NCBI GenBank assembly: GCA_052086865.1
Contig: JBQGOU010000001.1
Location: 1-34,932, forward strand
Reading direction: 5' to 3'
DNA from: Cellulomonadaceae bacterium
GTDB lineage: Bacteria > Actinomycetota > Actinomycetes > Actinomycetales > Cellulomonadaceae
Length of the DNA: 34,932 nt
Position numbers and translations under genes: made by a program. This document shows positions 1-9,492 of this stretch, piece after piece (position 1 is the stretch's first letter; each line of letters starts with the position of its first letter). The notes beneath the pieces were generated by a model. The model did no database searches and had not been told where the DNA came from. It was given only the letters and a program-made list of their open reading frames with translations.

Positions 1-552
1 GAGGATGCCGAGGGCCGAGAGCGCTCCGCCGATGACGGACCCGCCGATCATGGCGGTGCCCTGCACCGCGCCGACGCCGGCCATGCCCTTGACCCGTGTC
101 TTCTCGTCCGGGGTGACGTCGGCGATGTACGCCTGCGCGGTGGGAGGCACGGCGGCGATCGCGCTGCCGAAGCCGATGCCGCGCAGCGCGACGAACAGCA
201 GGAACAGCGTCATGCCGGTGATCGCGCCGTTCATGCCGAGCCAGGCCAGCAGCGCGAACAGGATCATCGCGACCGTGGCGAGGACGAACGCGGCCACGAG
301 GACGGGCTTGCGTCCCAGGGATTGGGAGCGGCGCCCCCAGAACTGGCTGGTGAGCACGACCATGACCGCCGCGGTGCTGATCGTGACGCCGATCTGCCAT
401 TCGGCGAGCCCGACCTCGCGTGACAGCGGCGCGATGATCGGGTTGAGGGTCATCTGCGCGAGGTAGATGAGCAGCACCGCGGCGAGCAGCAGCGGGATCT
501 GCGGGCGCGGTGAGGTCGTTTCGGGCGCGGGGACCGGGGTAGCCGAGGTCAT
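1..552 (-). CDS. MFS transporter (5' part; runs off the window edge)
   Basis: Not in the ORF track; translated by hand from ATG at 552: MTSATPVPAPETTSPRPQIPLLLAAVLLIYLAQMTLNPIIAPLSREVGLAEWQIG...FWGRRSQSLGRKPVL (MFS motif A-like)...LRGIGFGSAIAAVPPTAQAYIADVT. RBS AAGGAAGG upstream; 10 bp downstream of the ECF ATPase stop. Confidence 0.88.
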   Translation of the reverse strand, partial: MTSATPVPAPETTSPRPQIPLLLAAVLLIYLAQMTLNPIIAPLSREVGLAEWQIGVTISTAAVMVVLTSQFWGRRSQSLGRKPVLVAAFVLATVAMILFALLAWLGMNGAITGMTLFLLFVALRGIGFGSAIAAVPPTAQAYIADVTPDEKTRVKGMAGVGAVQGTAMIGGSVIGGALSALGIL

Positions 553-562
553 GATGCCTTCC

Positions 563-2032
563 TTATTCGTTCCGGCTGGCGTCGGTGAGTACCGGCTGCC
601 GCTGCGTGGCGGGTGGGGTCAAGGTCAGTTGCCGGTCGACGGCAAGGTCGAGCAGGTCGTCGTCGTGGCTGATGAGCAGCACTACGCTGCCAGTGGCGGC
701 GACCTGGCGGATCTGATCGCAGATCGACTGGAGGTGGCGTCGGTCCACGCCCGAGCTGGGTTCGTCGAAGATCACGATGCGGCGACCGGCGACGCGGACG
801 CCCGCGACAACTAGGCGCTGCTGTTGTCCGCCGGACAGTGACAGCGGATGGCGTTGGGCGAGATGGTCGAGGTCGAGGGCGGCGAGGACGGCGGCTGGAT
901 CGGGAGCGGTCGGGGCATCTACTGCGGCGAGGTCGATCTCCGCCTGCACGCTGTCGGTGAACAGCTGACGTTGTACGTCCTGCATGACGATTGCACTGGC
1001 CCGTTGGAGTGCGCGCCGGCTCAGTACTTGTCCGTCGAGCCGGATCGTGCCGGCGGATGTCTGCAGGCCGGTGATGATGCGGGCGAGGGTGGACTTGCCG
1101 GCGCCGTTGACACCCCGGATCGCCGTCACTTCCCCGGCGGGGAAGGCCACCCGCTCGAGGTCGAGTACGACGCGTCCGCCGAGCCGACAGCGGATGCCGT
1201 CCAGCAGCAGTGTCTCGCTCGGCACGTCCTCTACCGGGGTCAGCTCGACCGCGCTGCGGCCGGCCGCGGGCAGGGTGGGCACGTCGGGCGAGCGGATCTG
1301 CCCGCGCAGTCCCTCCTGGGCGAGCACGGCGTCGGGGACGGCGCGGAACTGCGCCGCTGTCCATTCGATGTCGACGGTGCCGTTGCGCATGACGACGACC
1401 CGGTCGATGAGGTCTTGGAGGTAGCGCAGGCGGTGCTCGGCGATGACGATCGTGACGCCTTGGGCTTTGAGGTCTGCGAGGGTGGCGGCGAGCCGTTGCA
1501 CGGCGTCGGCGGACAGGTTGGAGCTGGGTTCGTCTAGCAGCAGGATGTGAGGGTCGTGGGCGGTCGCGGCAGCGATCGCGACCTGCTGTTGCTGCCCGCC
1601 GGACAGGTGCTGCAGTCGTTGCTCGATCGGAACATGCGCCGCGAGGTCGGCGAGGGTCGCCTCAACGCGCGCTCGGATCGCGTCGCGGGGGAACCCGAAG
1701 TTCTCCATCGCGAACGCCGTCTCCTCGCGGGCGGTGTCGGTGAAGAACTGGCGTCGTGGGTGCTGGAGGACGGTCCCGGTGACGAGGCCGAGGGCGTCGA
1801 GCTCGACGTCGGTGGTGACCATGCCCTCGACGGTGACGGTGCCGGTGAGGATGCCGTCCTCGTGGAACTGCGGGACGAGGCCGTTCATCAGCCGCAGGGC
1901 CGTCGACTTGCCGGAGCCCGACGCCCCGCACAGCACGACGAACTCGCCGGGCGTGATCCGCAGGTCGAGGTCGTGCAGCGCCGGGGTTTCGGCGTGTGGA
2001 TAGGTCCAGGAGACGCCCGTGATTTGGATCAT
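563..2032 (-). CDS. ECF-type ABC ATPase with two fused nucleotide-binding domains
   Basis: Start reassigned to ATG 2032 (MIQITGVSWTYP), overlapping the EcfT stop. Two Walker A motifs (GASGSGKST, GVNGAGKST), two LSGGQQQ signatures, Walker B LLLDEP and VIFDEP. Confidence 0.92.
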   Translation of the reverse strand: MIQITGVSWTYPHAETPALHDLDLRITPGEFVVLCGASGSGKSTALRLMNGLVPQFHEDGILTGTVTVEGMVTTDVELDALGLVTGTVLQHPRRQFFTDTAREETAFAMENFGFPRDAIRARVEATLADLAAHVPIEQRLQHLSGGQQQQVAIAAATAHDPHILLLDEPSSNLSADAVQRLAATLADLKAQGVTIVIAEHRLRYLQDLIDRVVVMRNGTVDIEWTAAQFRAVPDAVLAQEGLRGQIRSPDVPTLPAAGRSAVELTPVEDVPSETLLLDGIRCRLGGRVVLDLERVAFPAGEVTAIRGVNGAGKSTLARIITGLQTSAGTIRLDGQVLSRRALQRASAIVMQDVQRQLFTDSVQAEIDLAAVDAPTAPDPAAVLAALDLDHLAQRHPLSLSGGQQQRLVVAGVRVAGRRIVIFDEPSSGVDRRHLQSICDQIRQVAATGSVVLLISHDDDLLDLAVDRQLTLTPPATQRQPVLTDASRNE

Positions 2033-2787
2033 GCGATCACCATCGTCAAGGGGTTCGGTAGCAGCAGGCTCGCCGCCGCGAGGACGGTCACGGCGAGCAG
2101 AAGTCCGAGGTCGGGCCCGCCGAGCCGGGGTGGGTCGAGGGAGACCGGGACGCGGTGTGAGCCGAGTCCGCGCAGGATCGCCGAGGCGGAGAGATCCTCG
2201 CTGGCGCGTAGGCTCGCGGCGATCATCGGGACGGTGAAGCGTTCCATGCTGAGGATCGGGTGCCGGGCGAGGCCGGCCATGCCGACCAGTCCGCGTAGGC
2301 GCATGGCGTCTAGCACTGCGGAGGACTCTGCGGCGACGACCGGGAAGAACCGGAGCATCACGGCGAGGGTGACAGAGATCGCGCGGGGCAGGTGCCAGGC
2401 CCTCAGCGCGGCGCTGAGCTGGGTCGGCGAGGTGGTGGCGATGAGGTGTGCGCCGACACCGAACGCGGCGATGAACCGGATGAGGTATCCGCAGCCGATC
2501 GCGATGATGGTCACGACAGGGTGCGCCCAGATCAGCGGCAGCACCCATCCGAGCAGGTACATGACCACCGCCGCGACAGGGATGAGCAGGGCACGCGACC
2601 AGGCGCGCTCCGTCACGGCGAGCACGGTCGCCAGCACGATCCCGGCCAGCACGAACACCAGCCCGCCGGGGCTCATGACGGCGAGGCTGACCAGCAGCAC
2701 GAGCAGGATCTTGCTGCGCGGGTCGAGCCCCCGCCGCCCGGCGACGCTGACCCGTGTCGCGGCGATGGGGGCCGCGGTCTCAGGCAA
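2029..2787 (-). CDS. ECF transporter transmembrane component T (EcfT/CbiQ family)
   Basis: LDPRSK N-terminal motif, hydrophobic helices, LRFFP, AMRLRG and AILRG Arg motifs typical of EcfT. Probable TTG start at 2787 overlapping the upstream stop (start uncertain). Confidence 0.88.
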   Translation of the reverse strand: MPETAAPIAATRVSVAGRRGLDPRSKILLVLLVSLAVMSPGGLVFVLAGIVLATVLAVTERAWSRALLIPVAAVVMYLLGWVLPLIWAHPVVTIIAIGCGYLIRFIAAFGVGAHLIATTSPTQLSAALRAWHLPRAISVTLAVMLRFFPVVAAESSAVLDAMRLRGLVGMAGLARHPILSMERFTVPMIAASLRASEDLSASAILRGLGSHRVPVSLDPPRLGGPDLGLLLAVTVLAAASLLLPNPLTMVIA

Positions 2788-3412
2788 GGCCGGCACGGAC
2801 AAAGTGCTTGCGCAAGACAGCGGAGCCGAACAACCCGCCCAGGAACCCGGCGACGGCGATCCCGCCGGCCAGCACACCGAGCACCGGCAGCGTGGTGAGC
2901 GCGTCGGCGCCGGCGACGTAGTCCTCGCCCATCCTCGTGAAGCTCGGGCTGCGGAGGTAGTTCTCGCGGTCGAACACGAGCGGCAGGAACGGGGTGAAGA
3001 AGCTCAGGGCGAAGATCGTGTACGCCCAGATCGCCGCCCACCTGGAGCGATACCTCGCCGCCCACAGCACAACCTCCGCGAGGACCGCGAGGACGATGAT
3101 CCCGATGGTGCTGAAGATCGAGTTGCCAGTCAGCAGGTAGAACAGCGCGACGACGACGCCGAGCAGCGTCACCATCCCTGCGTGCTTGACCCGGGTGACG
3201 AACAGCAGGAACACGATCCCGTTCACCAGCACCGAGACAGGGATGACGATCAGCCAGACCACCGGCGAGAGGATGCCGAGCATCCCGATCACGTAGGTGA
3301 CGACGATCATCAAGACGGCGAAGATCGCAACGCTCACCAAGTCGCGCGCGCTGAACCGCACCGAGAGCCGAGGACAGCGACCAGCCCCGGTCGCCACGGT
3401 CGTGTCGCTCAT
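2780..3412 (-). CDS. MptD-family putative ECF S-component (copy 2)
   Basis: Start at ATG 3412 (MSDTTVAT), overlapping the upstream stop. About 210 aa, hydrophobic, FSARDLVSVAIFAV...GGLFGSAVLRKHFVRAGLA. Confidence 0.85.
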   Translation of the reverse strand: MSDTTVATGAGRCPRLSVRFSARDLVSVAIFAVLMIVVTYVIGMLGILSPVVWLIVIPVSVLVNGIVFLLFVTRVKHAGMVTLLGVVVALFYLLTGNSIFSTIGIIVLAVLAEVVLWAARYRSRWAAIWAYTIFALSFFTPFLPLVFDRENYLRSPSFTRMGEDYVAGADALTTLPVLGVLAGGIAVAGFLGGLFGSAVLRKHFVRAGLA

Positions 3413-4053
3413 GCGAGTCCCGCCTTCGCGAAGTGCTTGCGCAGCACCGCGGTGCCGAGCAGACCGCCGAGGAACCCGAAGACGATCCCGACGATCCACA
3501 CACCGAGCACGACCGGCCCGGTCAGGACGGCCTCCATCTGCGTGGCGTACTCGCTGCCCATCGACTGGCTGGCCTGTTGTGAGATGTAGCCGGCGGGATC
3601 GAGGAAGAACGGAATCCAGGGTCCGATCATCCACGCCGAGAAGATCGTGTAGGTCCAAATCGCGGCCCACCTGGAGCGGTACCGGCCCGCGTACATGACG
3701 AGTTCGCCGATCAGGGAGACGGCGACGATGACGAGGGTGCTCTGCCACGGGTGGCCCCAGCCCATCGAGGCGAGGCCGAAGACGATGCCGAACAGGGTGA
3801 TCATGCCGCCGTGGCGGACGCGGCTGAGGAACAGCATGTACGGGATGCCGGCGGCTAACGGCGCGAGGGGCAGAGTGATCACCATCACGAGCGGGCTGAT
3901 GATGCCGAGCATCGCGACGACGAAGATCACCACGATGTAGATCACGGCGAAGATGGCGACGTTGAGGAAGTCGCGGGCCTTGAACTTCAGCGTGAAGGGT
4001 GGGCGGCCCGTCGCGGTTGCGGCGGTCTGGGGTGGGGCGACGGCGTCGGACAT
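3409..4053 (-). CDS. MptD-family putative ECF S-component (copy 1)
   Basis: 214 aa, FKARDFLNVAIFAVIY...GGLLGTAVLRKHFAKAGLA; clear paralogue of 2780-3412; RBS GGAAAGGG. Confidence 0.85.
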   Translation of the reverse strand: MSDAVAPPQTAATATGRPPFTLKFKARDFLNVAIFAVIYIVVIFVVAMLGIISPLVMVITLPLAPLAAGIPYMLFLSRVRHGGMITLFGIVFGLASMGWGHPWQSTLVIVAVSLIGELVMYAGRYRSRWAAIWTYTIFSAWMIGPWIPFFLDPAGYISQQASQSMGSEYATQMEAVLTGPVVLGVWIVGIVFGFLGGLLGTAVLRKHFAKAGLA

Positions 4054-4079
4054 GGTGTCCCTTTCCGGGGTTCGGGGGT

Positions 4080-5813
4080 TCAGTCGTGGTGGGTGAGCTG
4101 CCAGCCGGCGGCGTTAACGCGTTCGCGCCAGTAGTGGGCGTAGGCGCCGCCTGCCGCGAGCAGTTCGGTGTGGCTGCCGGACTCGCGGATGCCGCCTTCG
4201 CCGTCGAGCATGATGATCCGGTCGGCGGTCATGATCGTCTGCAGCCGGTGAGCGACGACGACAAGCGTGCGGCCTGCCCGGATGCTGTCGATGGCGTCGC
4301 CGATGGCGATCTCGTTGCCGATGTCCAGCGCGCTGGTGGCCTCATCCAGCAGCACGATCGGGGCGTCCTTGAGCAGGGCCCGGGCGATCGAGACCCGCTG
4401 CCGTTCCCCGCCGGACAGGTTCGAGCCACCCTCCCCGACGCGCGCATCCCATCCGCCGGGCAGACGCGCAATGATCTCGTCGACGCGGGCGCGGGTCGCG
4501 GCGGCGATGACCTCCTCGCGGGAGAGGTCGGGGCCTCCGATCCAGACGTTGTTCAGGACGGTGTCGTCGAACAGGTAGACGTCCTGGAAGACGGGGGCCA
4601 CGGCCCGTTCGATCACGTCGGTGCCCACCTCGGGTACCGGCACGCCACCGATGAGTACGGTCCCCACCTCGGGGTCGTAGAAGCGGGCGATGAGCTTGGT
4701 GATCGTGGTCTTGCCCGAGCCGGACGGGCCGACGATCGCGGTCATCCCCCCAGCGGGGGCGGTGAAGGACAGATCCCGGAGCACCGGGTTACCGCCGTAG
4801 CCGAAGGTGACGCCCTGGAACTCGATGCCGAAGTCGGCGGGCGTCGCCGGATGCTCGGGCTCGGGGAGCCTGGGGACGGCGGCGAGCTCGTCGAGGCGGT
4901 CGATCGTGGTCTTCGCCACGGCGACACCGCCGCCGAGATCGCCCGCGGTGACGATCGGCTCGTTGAACCGCACCCCAAGCACGAGCAGGGCGATCAGCGT
5001 CGCGATGTCGACGGTTCCGCCGATGGCGAGGAACGCGCCGACAACCAGCAGCACCGTGACCGACAGTTGCACGAGGCCGGCGAACAACGCGATCGCCGAG
5101 CCGCCGGTAATGAGCACACCCCGGTACTGGTTGTGCTGATCCTCGAGAGCCTCGGCCACGAGACGATCGGCGATCGAACCTTCGCCGGCGGTGCGGAGGG
5201 CGGGCTGGGCGCGGGCGAACTCGACGACTCTGTTGGAGGCTTCGTCGACCGCGACCGCGTGCGCCTTATCGCCCTGCCCGATGCCTCGGCTGAGCCAGCG
5301 ATAACCGATCACGATAATCGGCACCATCACCGTCATCGCCAGCGCCAGCCGCCAGTCGAAGAAGTACATGCCTACCAAGACGGTGCCGGGTGCGACGAAC
5401 CCGGCGAGGATCTGGCGCAGGATCGCGTAAGGCATTGTCGAGACGAACATCGCGCCCTGCGTCGCAAGCCCCGTGATCAGTCCGGTCCGGTCGGTGGAGA
5501 ACCAGGACACCGGGAGCGAGACGACGCTGTCGCCGAGCCGCTCCAGCAGCGAGTCGAGCACTGCGGTCGATGCCTCCATCCCGATCTGGGATGCGAACCA
5601 CGACGCGATCACATAGCCGACGGCAGCAGCGACGACGGCGATCAGCCACCCCCAGGAGCCGTCCACGTCCCCGACAAACAGGGACCGCAGCAGGGGGACG
5701 AGCAGCAGGAACGCGATGCCCTGCAGAAGGGCAGCGACGACGACGAAACTCAGCTCGGCGATCACCAGGCGTCGGGCGCGGGGCGAGCAGTAGTGCAGCA
5801 GACGGCGGATCAC
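4080..5813 (-). CDS. ABC half-transporter (TMD+NBD), IrtB/YbtQ-like
   Basis: GTG start at 5813 overlapping the upstream stop. N-terminal TM helices, RVVEFARAQPALR, GPSGSGKTT, LSGGERQR, VLLDEATSALD, VAHRL. Confidence 0.9.
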   Translation of the reverse strand: MIRRLLHYCSPRARRLVIAELSFVVVAALLQGIAFLLLVPLLRSLFVGDVDGSWGWLIAVVAAAVGYVIASWFASQIGMEASTAVLDSLLERLGDSVVSLPVSWFSTDRTGLITGLATQGAMFVSTMPYAILRQILAGFVAPGTVLVGMYFFDWRLALAMTVMVPIIVIGYRWLSRGIGQGDKAHAVAVDEASNRVVEFARAQPALRTAGEGSIADRLVAEALEDQHNQYRGVLITGGSAIALFAGLVQLSVTVLLVVGAFLAIGGTVDIATLIALLVLGVRFNEPIVTAGDLGGGVAVAKTTIDRLDELAAVPRLPEPEHPATPADFGIEFQGVTFGYGGNPVLRDLSFTAPAGGMTAIVGPSGSGKTTITKLIARFYDPEVGTVLIGGVPVPEVGTDVIERAVAPVFQDVYLFDDTVLNNVWIGGPDLSREEVIAAATRARVDEIIARLPGGWDARVGEGGSNLSGGERQRVSIARALLKDAPIVLLDEATSALDIGNEIAIGDAIDSIRAGRTLVVVAHRLQTIMTADRIIMLDGEGGIRESGSHTELLAAGGAYAHYWRERVNAAGWQLTHHD

Positions 5814-7621
5814 AGCTGGACTCCTTCGGGAAGAGAGCGGGCATGGTTGGCCTGGTAGTCGGCCCACATCCGCGCGAACCGGCCCCCGCCCGCGACGAGT
5901 TGCGCGTGCGTGCCGCGCTCGATGATGCGACCACCGTCGAGCACCAAGACCTGATCAGCTCCGACAATCGTGTGCAGCCGATGGGCGATCACGAGCACGG
6001 TGCGATCGGCGGCAAGGGTGCTCAGCGCGCGCTGGATCGCCGCCTCCGAGTCCGGGTCCGCGAACGCGGTGGCCTCGTCGAGCACCAGGACCGGCGCGTC
6101 CGCGAGCAGGGCGCGGGCGATCGTGACCCGCTGGGCCTCTCCACCGGAGAGGTTCGCGTCCTCGCCGACCACGGCGTCATAGCCACGCTCGAAGCGCAGG
6201 ATGCGCTCGTGGATCTGCGCTGCGCGGGCGGCGGTCTCAACCTCGGCGTCGGTCGCGTCGGGCCGGGTGAGGCGGATGTTGTCGCGCAGGCTCGCACGCA
6301 GCAGGTACACATCCTGGAAAACGAAGCCGACCTGCCGGTATAGTTCGCCGGTCGCGATCTGGCGCACCTCCGCCCCGCCGATCTCGACCGCGCCGGCGTC
6401 GACGTCGTAGAAGCGCGGGACGAGCTTCGCCAGCGTCGACTTCCCCGACCCCGAGGCGCCGACCAGGGCGGTCACGGTGCCGGGCGCGCAGGACGCTGCG
6501 ATCTCGTGGAGCACGCGGTGCTCGCCGTCGTAGCTGAAGGACGCCTCCTGGAAGCCGACGGAACGTCCCTCCGGCGTCTGCGGGGAATCCGGCTGGGAGA
6601 TGGGAGGAAGGGCGAAGAACGCGGCGAGCGACTGCTGGGCCTTCGTCGCGTTACGCAGGAACTGGCCCGAAGCGCCGAGCTTCATCAGCGGCGCGGTGAG
6701 CCCGAGCCCGAGAAGCAGGCCGGGGAGCACGTCGAGCGGGGAGGCTCCGCCGGACGCGGTGAGCCAGACCGCGGCGGTGAGCAGCCAGGTGAGCACGACG
6801 ATCGGCGAGGCGATGAGTTCGACGATCGTGAACACCACAGCCGTCTCGCGGGTCCACTCGCCGACGAATCTCGAGTAGTCCCTCGTCGCGTCCCGATAGC
6901 GGAGGTGGCTGCGCCCGACCTGTCCGAACCTCTTGACGACCGCGATGCCCTGCACGAACTCCACGGTCGCGCCGGACAGTGCCTGGGTCGCCTCGTCATA
7001 CTGCACGTACTTCTCGCCGGCTCCCCGCATCATCAGCGGGTAGAGGAGGAAGATCAGTACGAGCGGCACGAGAGCGGCGAGTGCCATCCGCCATTCCACG
7101 ATGAAGAGATACACCAGACTGATCACGGGCACCGTGATCGCGGTCAGGACGTCCTGGATCGAGTGCGCGACCAGCTGATGCAGCGCGACGACGTCGTTCT
7201 CCACCAGCTTGCGGGCAGAGCCAGAGCTGCGCTGATCGAACCAGCCCAACGGCAGGCGCTGCAGATGACGGATGATCCGCCGCCGCAGCGAGTGCTGCAG
7301 CTCGGCATCCGCGAAGTGACCGACCACGCCGGACAGGAACGCCGCCACGAAGCTCACCACCAGTGCGATCACCGCGATGATGACGGTCATCCAGACCCGG
7401 CCCGCGTCGACCTGCGCCCCGTCGATCGCTGGGAGCAGGACGCGGGCGAACTCGATGATCGCGATGAAGGGGATCACGCTGCTCGCCGCCCCGATGACGG
7501 CCAGCACGATGATCCACACGAGGCGGCCCTTAACCGCCGCGAACAGACTCTCGCTCTCCACCGTCGAGCCACCATTGGCAAGCCCGACGGCATCCTCTAC
7601 CGCCGCATCCACATCAGCCAT
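5810..7621 (-). CDS. ABC half-transporter (TMD+NBD), IrtA/YbtP-like, without an N-terminal siderophore-interacting domain
   Basis: HFADAELQ, DVVALHQLVAH, VEFVQGIAVVKRFG, GASGSGKST, LSGGEAQR, LVLDEATAFADP (the ATAFADP form is typical of YbtP/IrtA-type halves). Confidence 0.9.
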   Translation of the reverse strand: MADVDAAVEDAVGLANGGSTVESESLFAAVKGRLVWIIVLAVIGAASSVIPFIAIIEFARVLLPAIDGAQVDAGRVWMTVIIAVIALVVSFVAAFLSGVVGHFADAELQHSLRRRIIRHLQRLPLGWFDQRSSGSARKLVENDVVALHQLVAHSIQDVLTAITVPVISLVYLFIVEWRMALAALVPLVLIFLLYPLMMRGAGEKYVQYDEATQALSGATVEFVQGIAVVKRFGQVGRSHLRYRDATRDYSRFVGEWTRETAVVFTIVELIASPIVVLTWLLTAAVWLTASGGASPLDVLPGLLLGLGLTAPLMKLGASGQFLRNATKAQQSLAAFFALPPISQPDSPQTPEGRSVGFQEASFSYDGEHRVLHEIAASCAPGTVTALVGASGSGKSTLAKLVPRFYDVDAGAVEIGGAEVRQIATGELYRQVGFVFQDVYLLRASLRDNIRLTRPDATDAEVETAARAAQIHERILRFERGYDAVVGEDANLSGGEAQRVTIARALLADAPVLVLDEATAFADPDSEAAIQRALSTLAADRTVLVIAHRLHTIVGADQVLVLDGGRIIERGTHAQLVAGGGRFARMWADYQANHARSLPEGVQL

Positions 7622-7641
7622 GCATCACCCTCCGACTCTAT

Positions 7642-7656
7642 TGAGAACGCTTCTCA
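7642..7656. promoter_or_regulatory. Zur/Fur-family-like 7-1-7 operator
   Basis: TGAGAAC-G-CTTCTCA near-palindrome about 20 bp upstream of the ABC operon start and adjacent to a minus-strand -10-like TAGTGT. A related copy lies at 18043-18057. Confidence 0.6.
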
Positions 7657-7665
7657 CACTACAGT

Positions 7666-7676
7666 GAACAGTGTTC
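7666..7676. promoter_or_regulatory. Candidate TetR operator
   Basis: Palindrome GAACA-G-TGTTC in the divergent region between the ABC operon and the TetR gene. Confidence 0.4.
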
Positions 7677-7698
7677 TAATCGCACATCAGTCTATAAG

Positions 7699-7717
7699 TT
7701 AGGCAACCCTTACCTCA
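7699..7717. promoter_or_regulatory. IdeR/DtxR iron box
   Basis: TTAGGCAACCCTTACCTCA matches the consensus TWAGGTWAGSCTWACCTWA at 16 of 19 positions. Confidence 0.75.
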
Positions 7718-7772
7718 AGTGGCCGGAACTGATCGTGCACACTGAGATCAACGCGCGATCAAGGAGAGTGAC

Positions 7773-8477
7773 ATGACCGGCCCCGCAGCCCCGTTCCACG
7801 TCGGTCTGACGCCCGAGCACATCATCGACGCCGCCCTCGAGCTCACCCGCACCTCCCACCTGTCGGGATGGTCCATCCGCGACCTCGCCCGGGCCCTCAA
7901 CGTCGCCCCCTCAGTCATCTACCACCACATAGGCGGGAAGGACCTCATCGGCCGGCACGTCGTCGAACGCATACTCACCGGGCTGAACGCACCCTCGGCA
8001 GACCTGAGCTGGCAGGAGTGGTTCCACGAACTCCTCGGTGCGCTCTATAGGATCGTCTCGCCCTACCCAGGAGTGGCGAAATGGCTGCTCATGCACGGCC
8101 CCACCTTCCCCACCGCACTTCCCGTTATCGAGACCGGAGTCGCGACACTGCGCCAGGCCGGGTTCGGCGACAACGCCGAACTCGCCTACGCCGCGCTGCT
8201 CAACAACGCCATGCTCACCATCTCAATGAGCGACGACCGACTTCTCCACGAAGACGACGGCCCCCGCGACCACGCCACCATGATGGCCGAGTTCCACCGT
8301 GCCGCCACCGATAGGCCCGGCGGACCACCCCTGGACGACAGCTTCATCGCCCCGTTCGCCGAAGGCGGCGAGCCGGCCAAAGTGAAACGAGAGGCGTACT
8401 ACCGCTACATCGTGCAGACCACCATCGCTGGCATCGCCGGCACCCTCTCGGAAGGCCAACCCGACGCAGCACGGTAG
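7773..8477 (+). CDS. TetR/AcrR family regulator (TetR_C-like C-terminus)
   Basis: LTPEHIIDAALEL...WSIRDLARALNVAPSVIYHHIGGK HTH; RBS AAGGAG; divergent from the ABC/ECF operon. Confidence 0.92.
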   Translation: MTGPAAPFHVGLTPEHIIDAALELTRTSHLSGWSIRDLARALNVAPSVIYHHIGGKDLIGRHVVERILTGLNAPSADLSWQEWFHELLGALYRIVSPYPGVAKWLLMHGPTFPTALPVIETGVATLRQAGFGDNAELAYAALLNNAMLTISMSDDRLLHEDDGPRDHATMMAEFHRAATDRPGGPPLDDSFIAPFAEGGEPAKVKREAYYRYIVQTTIAGIAGTLSEGQPDAAR

Positions 8478-8498
8478 CGCCCGTCCGAGGAGGTCGGG

Positions 8499-8695
8499 TC
8501 AGTCACTCGTGTGGGTGTGCACGCCGGCATCGGCCTCGTTGAAGATGCTGATCACCTGCGCCCCCTCCCCGGGGGCTGACATGGCGTGCGGGGTGCAGGT
8601 GTCGAATTCGGCGGGCTCGCCCGGCTGAGCGTCAGGTCCTGTTCGCCCAGTTGCAGACGCAACTCCCCGGTGAATACATACAGCCACTCGTAACC
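8499..8695 (-). pseudogene. Frameshifted remnant of the cupin domain of an XRE-cupin regulator
   Basis: One frame reads GYEWLYVFTGELRLQLGEQDLTL, then a shift near 8627 continues as PGEPAEFDTCTPHAMSA...VISIF...HTH*. Together these form the C-terminal cupin motif of actinobacterial XRE-cupin regulators. No HTH half was found. Confidence 0.7.
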
Positions 8696-8810
8696 GAAGG
8701 CCCCCCTTCAGGGTTCGCGGTCCAACACCATCGAGTATCCGCCCTGTGGGGCTACTCATCGCGTCGCTGAGGAACGCCCGTCAGGTGCAGTCAGATGCGC
8801 AGACAAGCGC

Positions 8811-9488
8811 TCAATGGTGTTCTCTCAGTTTTTCTCCGCCGTCGAGGATGAGGGAGAGCTTGCGGTTCAGCCATTGGCGTGGGGGCATGACTACGGCGTC
8901 ACGCATCGCAGCTCGTGCTCGTTGGAGCGCCGCAGGATCGTCATCGTGAGGCTCCCACGAGGATGCCATCTCGGCGCGCGACACTCCTGGGTCCGGGGTG
9001 TGGCCGTCGAGTTTCTCCAGCCCGAGCCGGTGATCTATGACGGTGTCGATGACGGTGTCGATGACGAGCATGGCGTCGGGCATTGCGAAACCCTCCCGTT
9101 CGAGGTGTGCGGCGAGGGCGAGAAGGATGTCCATGGTGCGTTCGGGCATGAGTCCGGAAGAGAGTGCGGTCACGACGCCGGGATGTTCGGCGAGGGCATC
9201 CCACAGGCATTCGGCGTAGGCGAGGAGCACAGCGCGCCAGTCGCCCGCGACCGTGGGCCAGGGAATGTCGTCGACGACGCGGTCCCAGGCCAGGGAGAGC
9301 ATCGTTGCGCGATCGGGCACATGGCGGTAGACCGTTGCGGGGGTGACATCGAGGCGTTCGGCGACGAGTGGTACGGTCACGTCGGCGAAGCCGATGTCGA
9401 GCACCGCGGTGAGGACGTCATCGCGGGTGATCTTCGGCGGTCGGCCGATCAACGGCCCGCCTTTGGGCCGTCTGGGTGCGGTGGGCAT
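8811..9488 (-). CDS. TetR/AcrR family regulator
   Basis: GRPPKITRDDVLTAV...VTVPLVAERLDVTPATVYRHVPDR HTH; last gene of the Fep/ABC operon. Confidence 0.9.
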   Translation of the reverse strand: MPTAPRRPKGGPLIGRPPKITRDDVLTAVLDIGFADVTVPLVAERLDVTPATVYRHVPDRATMLSLAWDRVVDDIPWPTVAGDWRAVLLAYAECLWDALAEHPGVVTALSSGLMPERTMDILLALAAHLEREGFAMPDAMLVIDTVIDTVIDHRLGLEKLDGHTPDPGVSRAEMASSWEPHDDDPAALQRARAAMRDAVVMPPRQWLNRKLSLILDGGEKLREHH

Positions 9489-9492
9489 GGAT

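Noticed and set aside
8499-8759. 86-aa ORF as an intact gene
   Set aside because: Its N-terminal half is off-frame relative to the cupin similarity; treated as a frameshifted pseudogene.
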